From Candidatus Binatia bacterium (GTDB lineage Bacteria > Desulfobacterota > Binatia > UBA9968 > CAXXLF01): a stretch of DNA of 64,000 nucleotides. How positions within the stretch are numbered: the first letter of the stretch is position 1; the number at the start of each line of letters is the position of its first letter. The translations under genes and the position numbers were made by a program. Below, piece by piece: positions 31,012 through 41,394 of this stretch. The stretch is taken from positions 192,001-256,000 of the forward strand of contig CAXXLF010000002.1 in assembly GCA_963664015.2 (NCBI GenBank), read 5' to 3'. A model generated the notes under the pieces. It did no database searches and had not been told where the DNA came from. It worked only from the letters and a program-made list of their open reading frames with translations.

Positions 31012-31422
31012 AGACCTACTGTCACAGACGAGGAGTCATGCCAAAAGTCGTATTTACACACTCTGTTAGTGATCCTGCCCATTGGGCGAGCAAGCACTCG
31101 GAGCGAGTTGAACGGTTCGCTTCGTGGGGATCGAACGTGCTCGACTACCTCAGCGCTGACGGCAGCAAAAACGTGGCCGTGAGTGTGAACGTTCACGATC
31201 TGGCGGCCGTACAGCCGGCGCTCGACTCGCCCGAGATCGAGGCCGCGAAGCAGGCTCACGGGGTCCTGGAGCCCCTTACGATCCACGTCGAGAAAACTTA
31301 AGCAAGATTGCGGAGACGCTCTACGACCTGGGAATTTCTAACCAGCGATTGAACTCGACAAAGCTCGCACGTCACTTCGCAGTTGTTCGAATCCTGTAGT
31401 GTCGCGGGTTAATCGCTAATCG
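31006..31422 (+). mobile_element. Integron gene cassette
   Basis: Begins at the GTTRRRY core site; single ORF 31038..31301 followed by an attC. Confidence 0.75.
31038..31301 (+). CDS. Small hypothetical protein (possible dimeric alpha-beta barrel) in a gene cassette
   Basis: RBS GAGGAG; MPKVVFTHSVSDPAHWASKH...AAKQAHGVLEP, 87 aa. Confidence 0.75.
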   Translation: MPKVVFTHSVSDPAHWASKHSERVERFASWGSNVLDYLSADGSKNVAVSVNVHDLAAVQPALDSPEIEAAKQAHGVLEPLTIHVEKT

Positions 31423-31428
31423 TTAGGG
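31336..31428 (+). other. attC recombination site
   Basis: R'' TTCTAAC, 5-bp spacer, L'' ATTGAACT ... L' GGTTAAT, 8-bp spacer, R' GTTAGGG; arms pair CTAAC/GTTAG, AGCGATT/AATCGCT, AAC/GTT with one unpaired G, CGAC/GTCG. Confidence 0.8.
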
Positions 31429-31764
31429 TTGCTACCAATTTTTATCCCCACGATGCAATTCAACGATGCCTCAATTGCATCCTAAAGATTAAATATTGGG
31501 TGTCAGACTAGCCTAGCTGGGCTTACTTGGCCGATTTGCCTGATCAGACTCACAATTTGATTCAGGCCTGAGATTTATCATTAAATACTTCGGATGCTTC
31601 GACCAGGCAACACCCTATCGATCGCGTCTCTTTTCGCCGAATGCTCTACATGCTAGTAAATGGAACCCGCATCCGTCTAATTGGGGGCTCCAACAACAAA
31701 CAAGCGAACCTGCACACCAAGACAGTAGACCAATGAGTTTTTTCAAGGATTCACGGAGCTTACC

Positions 31765-33849
31765 GTGATTCAGCACCACCGTTCCCCAATGATGGGCATC
31801 CTGCCGTACGTGGTAACTATTTTTGTAGGCGCGTTCCTTCTATTCCAGGTGCAGCCCCTGATCACGAAGTACATCTTGCCGTGGTTCGGTGGTGGCCTGA
31901 CGGTATGGACAACCAGCATGTTGTTCTTCCAGGTCTTGCTTCTTGGGGGATACCGTTACGCTCACTTGAGCATCTGTCGGTTTAGACCGCGGCTCCAGGC
32001 ATTGCTCCACGGAGTTTTGTTGCTGGTGGCACTCCTCCAGTGGCGATCACTCCCGACAGCAATTGGAAACCCCTTTCCCCCGCCACCCCGACCTGGGATA
32101 TCCTTCTGGTCCTTGGTGCTACCGTTGGCCTCCCGTACTTTACACTCGCCTCAACCGCGCCATTGATGCAGGCCTGGTTTAGCCAGCATCACCCTGGAGT
32201 TTCACCCTACCGGCTCTACGCCCTCTCCAATACCGCCTCATTGCTGGCACTACTGAGCTATCCCTTCGTGTTCGAGCCGATATTTTCCAGGAGCGTACAG
32301 TCCACGTTGTGGGCCATCGGGTTCGGCGTCTTTGTCATCGCCTCCATGATCGGCGTCTGGGCTACCTGGAAGCGCGGGTCGATCCCGTCCCTCGCACAAG
32401 ACAGCACGAACCTGACCCAACAGGAACTCCCCCATCCAACCACAGGAATCCGTGCCCTTTGGCTAGCGCTTCCGGCCTGTGCGGTAGGGCTGCTTCTGGC
32501 GGTTACCAACCAGATCACTATGGACCTGGTTATTGTCCCCTTTCTCTGGGTATTGCTTTTATGTCTGTACCTCTTGACCTTTATATTAAGCTTCGAGGGC
32601 GAGCGCTGGGACTCCCGCCCGGTCTTTTTGTGAACATCTTTACCAGCGCTGATCGGAGCACTGGTCATGCTGACCGTCAGGGAAGATGCAGACGTCATCT
32701 TGCAGATTGTGGCTTTCTCCGGGATACTTTTCGTCTGCTGCATGATATGCCACAGAGAACTCAGCCGTCTCAAGCCGCATCCAAGGTGTCTGACGGGCTA
32801 CTACCTTATGATCTCTCTAGGTGGCGCCCTGGGTGGTGTGTTCGTTACCCTTATCGCGCCGGTGATCTTCCTCAATTATCTGGAGCTCCACGTCGGCCTG
32901 CTGGGTACCGGGGCCCTTTCCTTCTTGGCCCTTTATAAGGATAACGGCTCCTGGTTCCATCAGAAACGGGTGTCCTGGGGTGTCATCCCGTTGATCACCG
33001 TTTATGTTATCGTTGCGGCGCTGTTTATCGCAACGCCAGGGCAACACATCCGTCCGCCATCGCCCGAGCACGGAATTTCTACGGTGTCCTCACGGTGCAG
33101 CAGCACTTCCGAGGCTCCCCTAATGAGCAACTCCATCTCCGCCACGGACGAATTCTCCACGGGACACAGTTTATGGCCCCTGGCAGGGGCGTGTGGCAAG
33201 CGGCTATTACGCTGAAAACAGTGGGGCGGGCCTGGTTTTTCGATACTTTCCACGAAAGCGCGAACGTCGAATCGGCGTCGTAGGCCTGGGGGCGGGTTAC
33301 CTTTCCCTCTATCACCGTGAGGGAGATACGATGAGGATTTACGAGATTAACCCGGAAATCCGGCGTTTAGCCGAATCGCACTCTACCTATCTGAAGGATT
33401 CCCCAGCCGAAATTGTGATTGTCATGGGGGATGGTCGTTTGGCGATGGAGCCTGACCTGCCTCAGGAGTTCGATATCCTAGTCCTGGACGCCTTTACTGG
33501 AGATTCGATTCCTGTGCATCTGCTAACCATTGAAGCTTTCCAGACGTACCTTCGCCACCTCACGACCGATGGCGTCATCGCTATCCTGATCGACACAATC
33601 CACCTGGATTTCGAGCCCGTGATCAGGCGGCTTGCGGCCCATTTCGGATTGGAGTCCATTAGAGTCGACTCTCCACCAGAGACCGACAATGAGGCGGGAA
33701 CCAGCTGGATGCTGCTATCCCGGGCTGGGGAGTTTTTCAGCTTGCCGCCTGGAGCCGGGGCTGCCACTCCCGATCACGTAAAATACGACGACCTCCAGTT
33801 GTGGACCGGTGACTACGTAAGCCTTTTTCCCTTACTCCAGTTCCGATGA
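31765..33849 (+). pseudogene. Fused membrane / spermidine-synthase-like SAM methyltransferase, broken into at least 4 fragments
   Basis: AFLLFQVQP..K.ILPWFGG, SPYRLYALSN, CMICHRELSRLKP, HGRILHGTQ, IGVVGLGAG, GDGRL, LVLDAFTGDSIPVHLLT spread over different frames with stops. Confidence 0.85.
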
Positions 33850-33944
33850 TCGCGGCTCCGGGACACACGTCTATTCATTCGCCTTAAACCTAACTGAAAA
33901 TTGAGCCCATGCTTTAAATACAGGGGAAGGGTGTAGCCTGATCA

Positions 33945-34172
33945 TTAGCGGCGCTTGAGGATCTTGTCGAGATCCTTTCTCTCCTGTTCCCGAATCTCTT
34001 CTTGAGATGGTTTTGTGACTTGGCGTGAGATGGGTAGTATCCGTTCCGGTTGGATAAATTCTCTGATATGGCTCCAATTGATCCAGAGGATAACGCCAAT
34101 GGAAAAAGCAGCTATGATCAGCAAGAGCCGCGGGGGCAGTTTATGTTTTGGCTTGGCCCTTTTTCTCTTCAT
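33945..34172 (-). CDS. Small single-TM hypothetical protein
   Basis: Basic N-terminus, one hydrophobic helix, EEIREQERKDLDKIL tail; follows glpX on the same strand. Confidence 0.55.
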   Translation of the reverse strand: MKRKRAKPKHKLPPRLLLIIAAFSIGVILWINWSHIREFIQPERILPISRQVTKPSQEEIREQERKDLDKILKRR

Positions 34173-34194
34173 GAAGGATGGAGGACGAGCTTAA

Positions 34195-35148
34195 TCAGGA
34201 CTTAGGCTTATATTCGAAGTGATGGGTGGCCTGAATAATCCGAACGGTCCGTGTCTTGGATCTCATGACCACCGATTGGCTGTGCGCCCCACCAGCAAAG
34301 AAACGGATGCCACTCAAGTATTCGCCGTTGGTCACTCCGGTTGCGGCGAACATCACCTCTCCCGCCGCCAGCTCATCGATAGCATATTTTCTTTTAATAT
34401 CATTGATCCCCATAGCTTGGGCCCGTTCGATCTCTTCCGGATTTCTGGGATTCAAGCGGCCCTGCATTTCACCGCCTATGCAGCGAAGAGCCGCCGCCGC
34501 AAGAACACCTTCCGGCGCTCCCCCGGTGCCTAGCATCAAATCGATACCGGTCTCCGGTTTCGTCGTTGCGATAGCCGCTGCAACGTCCCCATCGCTGATT
34601 AGATTGATCCTTGCGCCGGCGCGGCGCACCTCTTCGATGAGGGCCTCGTGACGGGGCCGGTAGAGAATAATCACCGTGAGATCCTCGACCTTCCGTCCCT
34701 TGATCTCGGATAATAGTTTCAGGTTTTCCGTAGGGCTTTTGTCTAGATCCAGAATCCCCTTGCCCTCGGGCCCGACCACCATCTTATCCATATAGGTATC
34801 CGGGCAGTGTAGAAAATTACCCCGCTCCGCAATTGCAATAACCGATAGGGCGCTGGGACCTCCGTTGGCACAGATGGATGTCCCCTCTAAAGGGTCCACG
34901 GCGATGTCGACCTCGGGACCCGTACCGTCCCCGACCGTCTCACCGATATAAAGCATCGGCGCCTCGTCCCTCTCCCCTTCCCCTATGACCACCGTCCCTC
35001 GCACGGACACACCATCGAAGGCCTGGCGCATGGCGTCCACCGCGGCCTGGTCGGCGGCCTTCTCATCGCCTTTGCCCAAATAGCGTGCAGAAGCGAGGGC
35101 AGCGGCCTCAGTTATACGAACAACTTCTAAGGCTAGGTTTCGATCCAT
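34195..35148 (-). CDS. glpX: Class II fructose-1,6-bisphosphatase
   Basis: MDRNLALEVVRITEAAA, VIGEGERDEAPMLYIGE, AVDPLEGT, DGDV, GGAPEGV. Confidence 0.97.
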   Translation of the reverse strand: MDRNLALEVVRITEAAALASARYLGKGDEKAADQAAVDAMRQAFDGVSVRGTVVIGEGERDEAPMLYIGETVGDGTGPEVDIAVDPLEGTSICANGGPSALSVIAIAERGNFLHCPDTYMDKMVVGPEGKGILDLDKSPTENLKLLSEIKGRKVEDLTVIILYRPRHEALIEEVRRAGARINLISDGDVAAAIATTKPETGIDLMLGTGGAPEGVLAAAALRCIGGEMQGRLNPRNPEEIERAQAMGINDIKRKYAIDELAAGEVMFAATGVTNGEYLSGIRFFAGGAHSQSVVMRSKTRTVRIIQATHHFEYKPKS

Positions 35149-36353
35149 ACTTTGCTTCCTTCAATGAGCCCCTCGATGAGCCTGTGGGCGTCTTTGACAA
35201 CCACACCGCTCGTTTGTGCGTCCCGCTCGTTAAAACCGAATGGCCTAGGAGTCGATTCCGCGGTGGAGGAATAGAGTACAAACGGCACCGGTCCCATGGC
35301 ATGGGTCTTCAGGGCAACGGGAGTCGCGTGGTCTGGCAACAGAAGAAGCCTCCACTCATCCCAGTGCTGCATCCCCTCGATCATGGTCCCTACCACCTTT
35401 TCATCAAAGGACTCGATGGCCTTCACCTTCTCCTCAGCGTTTCCCATGTGGCCAGCCTCATCGGGGGCCTCCACGTGGATAAAGATCAAGTCTGTTTGAT
35501 TTAACGCGTCGAGCCCGTAGTCGGCCTTCCCCTTATAATTGGTGTCAAGAAAACCCGTAATTCCTGGGACCGCGATCCGTTCGAGTCCGGCGTATACACC
35601 CAGCCCGCGGACAAGATCAACGGCTGATATCACGGCTCCATTGATTCCAAACCGATCCTGCAATGACGACAGTTGTGGGGCCTTCCCCTGCCCCCACAGC
35701 CAGATGGAGGTTGCCTTTCTGTCACCCCTCTCTTCCCGTCTACGATTGACCGGGTGGCGGGCCAAAAACTTCCTGGAAGATTCCATGAGCTGACGGAGAA
35801 AGTCGGCGCCATCTCCCCGGGGCAGATGAGGTTCCGTCTCTCGGTCTGTGATGTCATGGGGTGGTGTGGTCTCCATCTCCTCTTTGCCATTGCGCCAAAC
35901 CATCAGGTGGCGATAGCTCACTCCCGGATGAAACTCCACGCCGTAGCTATCCAGGTGGCGTCCAAGATCCTCGATCACCTCTGCCGCCTCTTCACTGGAG
36001 ATATGCCCGGCGGCAAAGTCCTCCATAATGTGTCCGCTTCCCTGCTCTTTCAATGTCACCAGATTGCACCGGAAGGCCACGTCGTTGCTGCCCAGGGCCA
36101 CTCCCATACTGGCCGCTTCAAGGGGGGCGCGACCTGTGTAGTGCTTCCTTGGATCGTAACCAAGGATGCTCAGGTTTCCCACGTCGCTGCCCGGCGGCAA
36201 GCCCTCTGGAATGGTATAGGCAAGTCCGAAATCCCCGTTTGCCGCAAGCCAATCCATGTGGGGTGTCTTCGCCGCCTCAAGCGGGGTTTTATCGCCCAAA
36301 CTCTCTATGGGGAAATCGGCCATACCGTCCCCCTGGAGAATCACAAATTTCAT
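35133..36353 (-). CDS. apgM: Cofactor-independent phosphoglycerate mutase (ApgM type)
   Basis: GDGMAD, TPLEAA, PPGSDVGNLSILGYDP, HVEAPDEAGH, DHATP. Confidence 0.93.
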   Translation of the reverse strand: MKFVILQGDGMADFPIESLGDKTPLEAAKTPHMDWLAANGDFGLAYTIPEGLPPGSDVGNLSILGYDPRKHYTGRAPLEAASMGVALGSNDVAFRCNLVTLKEQGSGHIMEDFAAGHISSEEAAEVIEDLGRHLDSYGVEFHPGVSYRHLMVWRNGKEEMETTPPHDITDRETEPHLPRGDGADFLRQLMESSRKFLARHPVNRRREERGDRKATSIWLWGQGKAPQLSSLQDRFGINGAVISAVDLVRGLGVYAGLERIAVPGITGFLDTNYKGKADYGLDALNQTDLIFIHVEAPDEAGHMGNAEEKVKAIESFDEKVVGTMIEGMQHWDEWRLLLLPDHATPVALKTHAMGPVPFVLYSSTAESTPRPFGFNERDAQTSGVVVKDAHRLIEGLIEGSKVWIET

Positions 36354-36379
36354 TCAGCCTGCCATTCTATCCTTATGAA

Positions 36380-37774
36380 TTACTGATTCCCCCAAATAGG
36401 GATCCACATGGGCTCAACCAGGATAAAGTCCTTCTTGCGAATAATTTCCAGGGCTTCTTGTAGCTGGCCTACCTTTGTCCGTTCCAGGGTAATCACAAAG
36501 GGGAGAAGGTTTCCAGTCTTCGCCCTGAGTCGGTAGCCAACTGCCAAACTTTTCAGCTCTTCTCGTGTGTGGTTCAACTGCCAGATCTCCGCGATATGAA
36601 TGCTTTTTTCACCGAAAACTCGGCAGATATCGCCGACGATTCCGCTTTGATTCTTGACAACGAACCGCACATAAAAATCACCCTGGATTTGGTCCTTGGG
36701 CAGAACCCGCAGGTCGCCGCGAGTGATCAGCGGCCCACCCGTGCCCTGAACCGTGGTGCTTATAGAGAATACGTCGCCGAGCACCGCGATGGCCGTAGGA
36801 CCTCCGCCGGCTCCAGGGCCAATAAACCCATAGTTCCAGTCCTGTTCATCGCCGTTGTCCATTCCTTGGCGGCTTCGCTTTCCATTGAAGCATACCGCGT
36901 TGGTAACGCCATCGACGGTAGCTAAAAAATGATTTTTCGGCACGAGAACCGGGGCAACAAAAGCCTGTACGGCACTACCGTTTTCCCGTGCCACCGCAAG
37001 GTGTTTGATCGTTCCCGAGCCTTTGCTCTGGGCATACTGGAAGTCGATGGGATGGATCGCCTCTATTCCTTTGCGAAGGATCATGCCCGACTCAAGCTGC
37101 AAGCCGAAGGTTACGGCCCCCAGGAGAATCAACTTGGCCTCCGAGTCTTTCCCGCTGATATCGGCCTCCGGGTTGGTCTCCGCATACCCAAGCTCCTGCG
37201 CCTCACGCAGCGCTTCCCCGTATGATTTGCCGCTAGACCTCATGGCCGACAGAATGTAATTGCATGTCCCGTTGACGATCCCGTAAACGGATTGAGGCTC
37301 CTCGGCCGACAGGCTCTGCTGCAGGGAACGGATAATGGGGATTCCCCCTCCCACGCAGGCTTCGAATCCGATGGCCTGTCCATGTCGCCTGGCGGCGGCC
37401 CATATCTCAGCACTGAATTTAGCCAGGACCGCCTTATCTGAAGTGACAACGGACTTTCCGCCCTCCATCGCACGAATCAGGTAGCCTTTAAAAACTGACA
37501 GGTCCTTTTCCTGTTGCGCTCCCAGGACTTCTACCACGATGTCGACGTCCGGGTGATCGATTACCTCGTTAGCCTTCGTGGTAAATAGGGACGGATACTT
37601 GCGGAACCATTTTTTTCCCTTGGGATGACGGGTATAGATCTTTACGATCTCAACCGTCACTTCCGTCTTGGCTTCGAGCCGACCCTCGAAGACGAAGGTT
37701 TGCACCGCCTCTCCGACGGTCCCAGAACCCAACAAGCCGATCCTGATTGATTTTCTTTTTCTCGAGGGACTCAT
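36380..37774 (-). CDS. hom: Homoserine dehydrogenase with C-terminal ACT domain
   Basis: [48 protein letters not shown]. Confidence 0.93.
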   Translation of the reverse strand: MSPSRKRKSIRIGLLGSGTVGEAVQTFVFEGRLEAKTEVTVEIVKIYTRHPKGKKWFRKYPSLFTTKANEVIDHPDVDIVVEVLGAQQEKDLSVFKGYLIRAMEGGKSVVTSDKAVLAKFSAEIWAAARRHGQAIGFEACVGGGIPIIRSLQQSLSAEEPQSVYGIVNGTCNYILSAMRSSGKSYGEALREAQELGYAETNPEADISGKDSEAKLILLGAVTFGLQLESGMILRKGIEAIHPIDFQYAQSKGSGTIKHLAVARENGSAVQAFVAPVLVPKNHFLATVDGVTNAVCFNGKRSRQGMDNGDEQDWNYGFIGPGAGGGPTAIAVLGDVFSISTTVQGTGGPLITRGDLRVLPKDQIQGDFYVRFVVKNQSGIVGDICRVFGEKSIHIAEIWQLNHTREELKSLAVGYRLRAKTGNLLPFVITLERTKVGQLQEALEIIRKKDFILVEPMWIPIWGNQ

Positions 37775-38964
37775 GGTGTACGGGATTTTTCCGTATATTT
37801 ACTCAGAGCCCGGCGTATGGTCCGAACCGCCTGACGCGTTCGGTGTTCGTTTTCGATGAGGGCGAAGCGAACAAAGTCGTCCCCGTATTCCCCGAATCCC
37901 ACTCCTGGAGAGACCGCCACCTTGGCTTCTTCCAACAGGTACTTGGAAAAATCCACGGATCCCATGTGGCTGCAGGGTTGAGGAATTCGTGCCCAGACAA
38001 ACATGGTCGCCTTGGGCTTGGGAATCTCCCAGCCCACCCGTGCGAGTCCATCCACCAGGGCATCCCGCCGTTTGCGATAGGTCTCCCGGACCTCCTCCAC
38101 ACAATCTTGCGGGCCGTTCAGCGCATGAATCGCTGCGATCTGGACAGGCTGAAAAATGCCGTAGTCAAAGTAGCTCTTGATCCGCGCCAAGGCATTGATC
38201 ATCTCCTGGTTTCCCACGCCAAAACCCACACGCCAGCCCGGCATGTTATAGCTCTTTGACAATGAGTAGAATTCCACGCCCACGTCCTTGGCGCCCGGGA
38301 CCTGAAGTAAACTGGGCGGTTGATACCCATCGAATGTCAGGTCCGCATAGGCCAGATCATGGATCACTAGAAGCCCGTGTTCCTTGGCAAACTTGACGAT
38401 GCGCTCGAAAAAGTCGAGATCTACCACCTCTGTGGTCGGGTTGTGAGGAAAATTTAAAATGAGCAGCTTTGGTTTGGGCCACGTCTGCTTGATCGCTTCT
38501 TGCAAATGGAAGAAGAAGCTCTCACTGGAGTGCAGTGGAATACTGCGAAGATCCCCGCCAGCAATGATGACCGAATACTGATGAATGGGATAGGTCGGAC
38601 TCGGGCAAAAGACCACGTCGCCCGGGTCCAGAATGGCCAGAACGAGATGCCCCAGACCTTCCTTCGAACCAAGGGTGACAATGGCCTCCGTGTCCGGATC
38701 CAGGCTGACCTGAAAGCGATTTTTGTACCAATCGGTGATTGCCAATCGTAACTTATAGATTCCCCTGGAGACCGAGTAACGATGGTTGGGTGATTTCTTG
38801 GCCGCCTCAATCAGTTTATCGACGATATGGGGCGGACTCGGTTGGTCCGGATTACCCATCCCGAAATCAACGATATCCTCCCCGCGACGTCGCGCCTCAT
38901 ACTTCAAATCATTGATTATGTTAAAGACGTAGGGGGGGAGTCTGTTTATTCTGTTGAACTCCAC
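37771..38964 (-). CDS. alaC: PLP-dependent class I/II aminotransferase (AlaC-like)
   Basis: [46 protein letters not shown]. Confidence 0.85.
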   Translation of the reverse strand: MEFNRINRLPPYVFNIINDLKYEARRRGEDIVDFGMGNPDQPSPPHIVDKLIEAAKKSPNHRYSVSRGIYKLRLAITDWYKNRFQVSLDPDTEAIVTLGSKEGLGHLVLAILDPGDVVFCPSPTYPIHQYSVIIAGGDLRSIPLHSSESFFFHLQEAIKQTWPKPKLLILNFPHNPTTEVVDLDFFERIVKFAKEHGLLVIHDLAYADLTFDGYQPPSLLQVPGAKDVGVEFYSLSKSYNMPGWRVGFGVGNQEMINALARIKSYFDYGIFQPVQIAAIHALNGPQDCVEEVRETYRKRRDALVDGLARVGWEIPKPKATMFVWARIPQPCSHMGSVDFSKYLLEEAKVAVSPGVGFGEYGDDFVRFALIENEHRTRQAVRTIRRALSKYTEKSRTP

Positions 38965-39192
38965 ACTCTTTACCTCAGAACAATAGTTTTCAGCATTCAG
39001 CTTTCTAGCAATAGTCCATTAGTTGCTATGAGCAGTCATATTAATACAAAAGGATTTCTCTTCTTCCTGCTGAAAACTGATTGCTACGTGTCGTAAGCTA
39101 CCTATTTTATAAGCTATACTCTCCTTCGGTGCAAACCAGGCGTGTCCAACCTCATTCGAAGATTGGATTCAGCAACGGTCGAACACTCCTAA

Positions 39193-41394
39193 CTAACCCA
39201 TGCGACCGAGTTCGAGTTTATCTCCCCAACGATGTTTCAGCACCTCTCTTAAACCCCTGGATGCTTGACTTCGCAAAGAGGGATCGCGGGAAAGCCAATC
39301 CAGGGCTTCCCGTCGTGCTGCCATGAGGAGCTTGGCGTCTCGTGCAATATCGGCTAGCCGAAAGTCCGGTAGACCCGATTGCCGGGTACCCAGAACCTCG
39401 CCGGGTCCTCTAAGCTGCAGATCGATTTCCGAAATCTTGAATCCGTCCTGTAGTTTTTCTATGGCACGAAGTCTTTTCGCGGCTTCGGGACTCTGCCCCC
39501 CGTATTGCACGAGCAGGCACTGGGAGGGATCCTTGCCCCTTCCAACTCGACCCCGCAATTGATGCAATTGAGACAAACCGAATCGCTCGGCATGCTCCAC
39601 GACCATCACCGTAGCCTTAGGAACATCGATGCCGACTTCAATGACCGTGGTCGCCACCAGGATTTGAAGTTTACCTTCCTTGAAACGCCGCATGACCTCG
39701 TCCCGCTCCTCCGCTGCCATCCTTCCGTGTACCAACCCAACCTGGAACTCCTTGAACACGACCCGTGAAAACTCCTCGGCCATTCCAGTAGCGTCCTTTA
39801 ACGGAAGGCGCTCGGAACTCTCTACCAATGGATAAACAATATAGGCCTGGCGTCCCTGGCGGACTTCCGAGCGCACAATCTGGTAAACGGAAGATCGTTC
39901 CCCCTCTCGAAATAGCCTGGTTCGGATCGGGGTCCGGCCCGGAGGCATCTCGTCAAGGGCCGACACTTCGATATCTCCGTAAAGAACCATCGCGAGGCTT
40001 CTGGGAATGGGCGTGGCCGTCATGAGCAGGATATCGGGGGGAGGAAGCGATGGGGTCGTGGTCCTTCTCCAACTTGAGAGCCGTTTAAGGGCGACCCGTT
40101 GGGCCACACCAAAACGGTGCTGCTCATCGATGATTCCCAGCCCCATTCGGGGAATAGACACTCCCTCTTGGATCAGCGCATGGGTCCCAACGACAAAGGA
40201 TATCTCACCACGAGAGATGCGGTCGAGGGTTTCCCTTTTTTGCTGGGCCGGCAAAGAACCGACGAGTAGGACGCACGTAACTTTCAACTTATCGGCAAAA
40301 CCTTTGAGATTGTGGAAGTGCTGGGCGGCTAGAAGCTCTGTTGGAGCCATGAGGGCTGCCTGAAAACCGTTTTCAATGGCCCTTAGTGCGGCAAACCAGG
40401 CGACGATGGTCTTACCCGATCCGACGTCTCCCTGCACCAACCGGAGCATGGGGTGCGGGGCCTCCATGTCGCTACCGATCTCCTTCAAGACCCGTTGCTG
40501 TGCCCCAGTCAAGCGGAAAGGAGTCAAGGCAAGCATCGTCCTGATCAATGGGCCCGTTGATCTTGAAAAGGAGAGTCCTTTTTCTGCCGTTCGTCGCTTT
40601 CTCTGCAACTCCATTCCCAACTGCAGGTAAAAAAACTCGTCAAAGATAATGGAACGATGGGCCTGTGAACGGAAGTCGTTTAAGGCCAATAAGTCGGAGC
40701 CCGTATCGGGGTGGTGGATCTCGGTGAGGGCCTGTTTCAAATCCGTTATGCGTTGACGGGTGGTAATCTCTTTGGGTAAATAACTCGGAAGAAAATCGCA
40801 ATAGGCACTTAACGCCTGGGGAACCCATTGTCGGAGCATTCCCATGGGGATCCCGCCCGGTCGCAAGTAGACTGGAAGAATCCGCTCCCTCGCGTCCTGA
40901 TCCCCCAACTCGACGGCCTCGAATTCGGGATGGGCGATTCTTAACTCCTTCCCTTTGCCACGGTCGACCTTCCCGTGCACCATGAAGTCCTGGCCGAGCT
41001 TCAGGCGGTTTACAATGTAGGGCTTGGGATAGAACCATATGAGCCCGAGTTCTCCAGTACCGTCATCCAACCGTGCCGTAAGGATCTGGCGCCTTCCCTT
41101 CTGAACCGTTTTTTTTTCCAGATCCACCAGGGTGCCGATAAAAGACTCCTCGTGCCCCATGACGGCGTCGCGAATCTTTTTAGTTTTACGGCGGTCTTCA
41201 TAGCGAAAGGGAAGATGATAGAGAAGGTCCTCTACAGTGCCGAGGCCCAAGCCTTCCAGGACTAAAGCTCGGGTCGGTCCGACGCCTTTTATAAATCGAA
41301 TGGAGGTCTGCAGTGAATGCCAGCACTCACGGGGATGATAGGAACAGCCCAGGTAAGGATGTTGCTCGCGGGGGGTAGTATCCAACGAACTCAT
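39193..41394 (-). CDS. recG: ATP-dependent DNA helicase RecG
   Basis: [50 protein letters not shown]. Confidence 0.97.
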   Translation of the reverse strand: MSSLDTTPREQHPYLGCSYHPRECWHSLQTSIRFIKGVGPTRALVLEGLGLGTVEDLLYHLPFRYEDRRKTKKIRDAVMGHEESFIGTLVDLEKKTVQKGRRQILTARLDDGTGELGLIWFYPKPYIVNRLKLGQDFMVHGKVDRGKGKELRIAHPEFEAVELGDQDARERILPVYLRPGGIPMGMLRQWVPQALSAYCDFLPSYLPKEITTRQRITDLKQALTEIHHPDTGSDLLALNDFRSQAHRSIIFDEFFYLQLGMELQRKRRTAEKGLSFSRSTGPLIRTMLALTPFRLTGAQQRVLKEIGSDMEAPHPMLRLVQGDVGSGKTIVAWFAALRAIENGFQAALMAPTELLAAQHFHNLKGFADKLKVTCVLLVGSLPAQQKRETLDRISRGEISFVVGTHALIQEGVSIPRMGLGIIDEQHRFGVAQRVALKRLSSWRRTTTPSLPPPDILLMTATPIPRSLAMVLYGDIEVSALDEMPPGRTPIRTRLFREGERSSVYQIVRSEVRQGRQAYIVYPLVESSERLPLKDATGMAEEFSRVVFKEFQVGLVHGRMAAEERDEVMRRFKEGKLQILVATTVIEVGIDVPKATVMVVEHAERFGLSQLHQLRGRVGRGKDPSQCLLVQYGGQSPEAAKRLRAIEKLQDGFKISEIDLQLRGPGEVLGTRQSGLPDFRLADIARDAKLLMAARREALDWLSRDPSLRSQASRGLREVLKHRWGDKLELGRMG

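Noticed and set aside
35673-36386. Long antisense ORFs (e.g. 237 aa opposite apgM, 218 aa opposite the amidohydrolase at 13652)
   Set aside because: Shadow frames of well-supported genes on the other strand, with no motifs
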